A DNA stretch of 60,136 bases, filler included, from Circinaria calcarea (lineage: Eukaryota): assembly GCA_051942165.1 (NCBI GenBank). It is 5 parts of 5 records of this genome, joined end to end, with 100 filler letters (N's around TTAATTAATTAA, not from the genome) between each part and the next. Parts side by side here need not be neighbours in the genome. Positions count along the whole stretch, not along the records: positions 48,226 to 60,136 come from JAVECS010000626.1; 4 more parts are not named here. The stretch is one strand, 5' to 3'. Under the pieces are notes generated by a model. It did not search any database. It saw only the letters and a program-made list of their open reading frames with translations, and had not been told where the DNA came from. Numbering within the stretch: the stretch's first letter is position 1; the number at the start of each line of letters is the position of its first letter. Positions 59,997 to 60,136 of the stretch are shown in pieces. Made by a program: the position numbers and the translations under genes.

Positions 59997-60136
59997 TGTT
60001 AGGGTGAAGCCAATTCACAAAGATAGCAGGCCTAGAACCAAAGCAATTTGTGGGCTCTATAAACCTAGAATAACATAAGGATTGAAGGTGTCTGGGACAC
60101 GCGAATATAAGCAACCCGCCAAGGCTCGCTAACGCT

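Overview
Eukaryotic DNA from a filamentous ascomycete (Pezizomycotina). It has short GT-AG introns with CTRAC/YTAAC-type branch sites. A lichen-forming fungus is a plausible but unproven guess. The window is not one locus: it is five contigs (1-11969, 12070-24030, 24131-36082, 36183-48125, 48226-60136) in decreasing length order, joined by artificial 100-nt N44-TTAATTAATTAA-N44 linkers. Contig 1: isocitrate lyase, OTU deubiquitinase, thiol/halide methyltransferase, DHA1 MFS transporter and a truncated EAASP-repeat protein. Contig 2: MGE1 fragment, a small Cys-rich protein with a CBM5/12-like tail, a Gly/Arg-rich orphan, ATE1 and a DDP1-like Nudix hydrolase. Contig 3: tRNA-Arg(ACG), a Cys-patterned two-domain protein, a MEK1-like FHA kinase, RPL41 and a BTB-like protein. 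Contig 4: a coiled-coil protein, two paralogous small membrane ORFs, an AT-hook/Myb-like protein and RRD1. Contig 5 is accessory-like: PTH11-like receptor, HET-domain protein, AAA ATPase, a probable DUF3435 (Starship captain) relic, a 2OG-Fe(II) oxygenase and a RIP-damaged NLR-type pseudogene. The most striking observation is that the tRNA-Arg(ACG) gene is split in its T-stem by a 67-nt insert with full spliceosomal intron signals. All family assignments come from motif recognition by eye; no database search was run.
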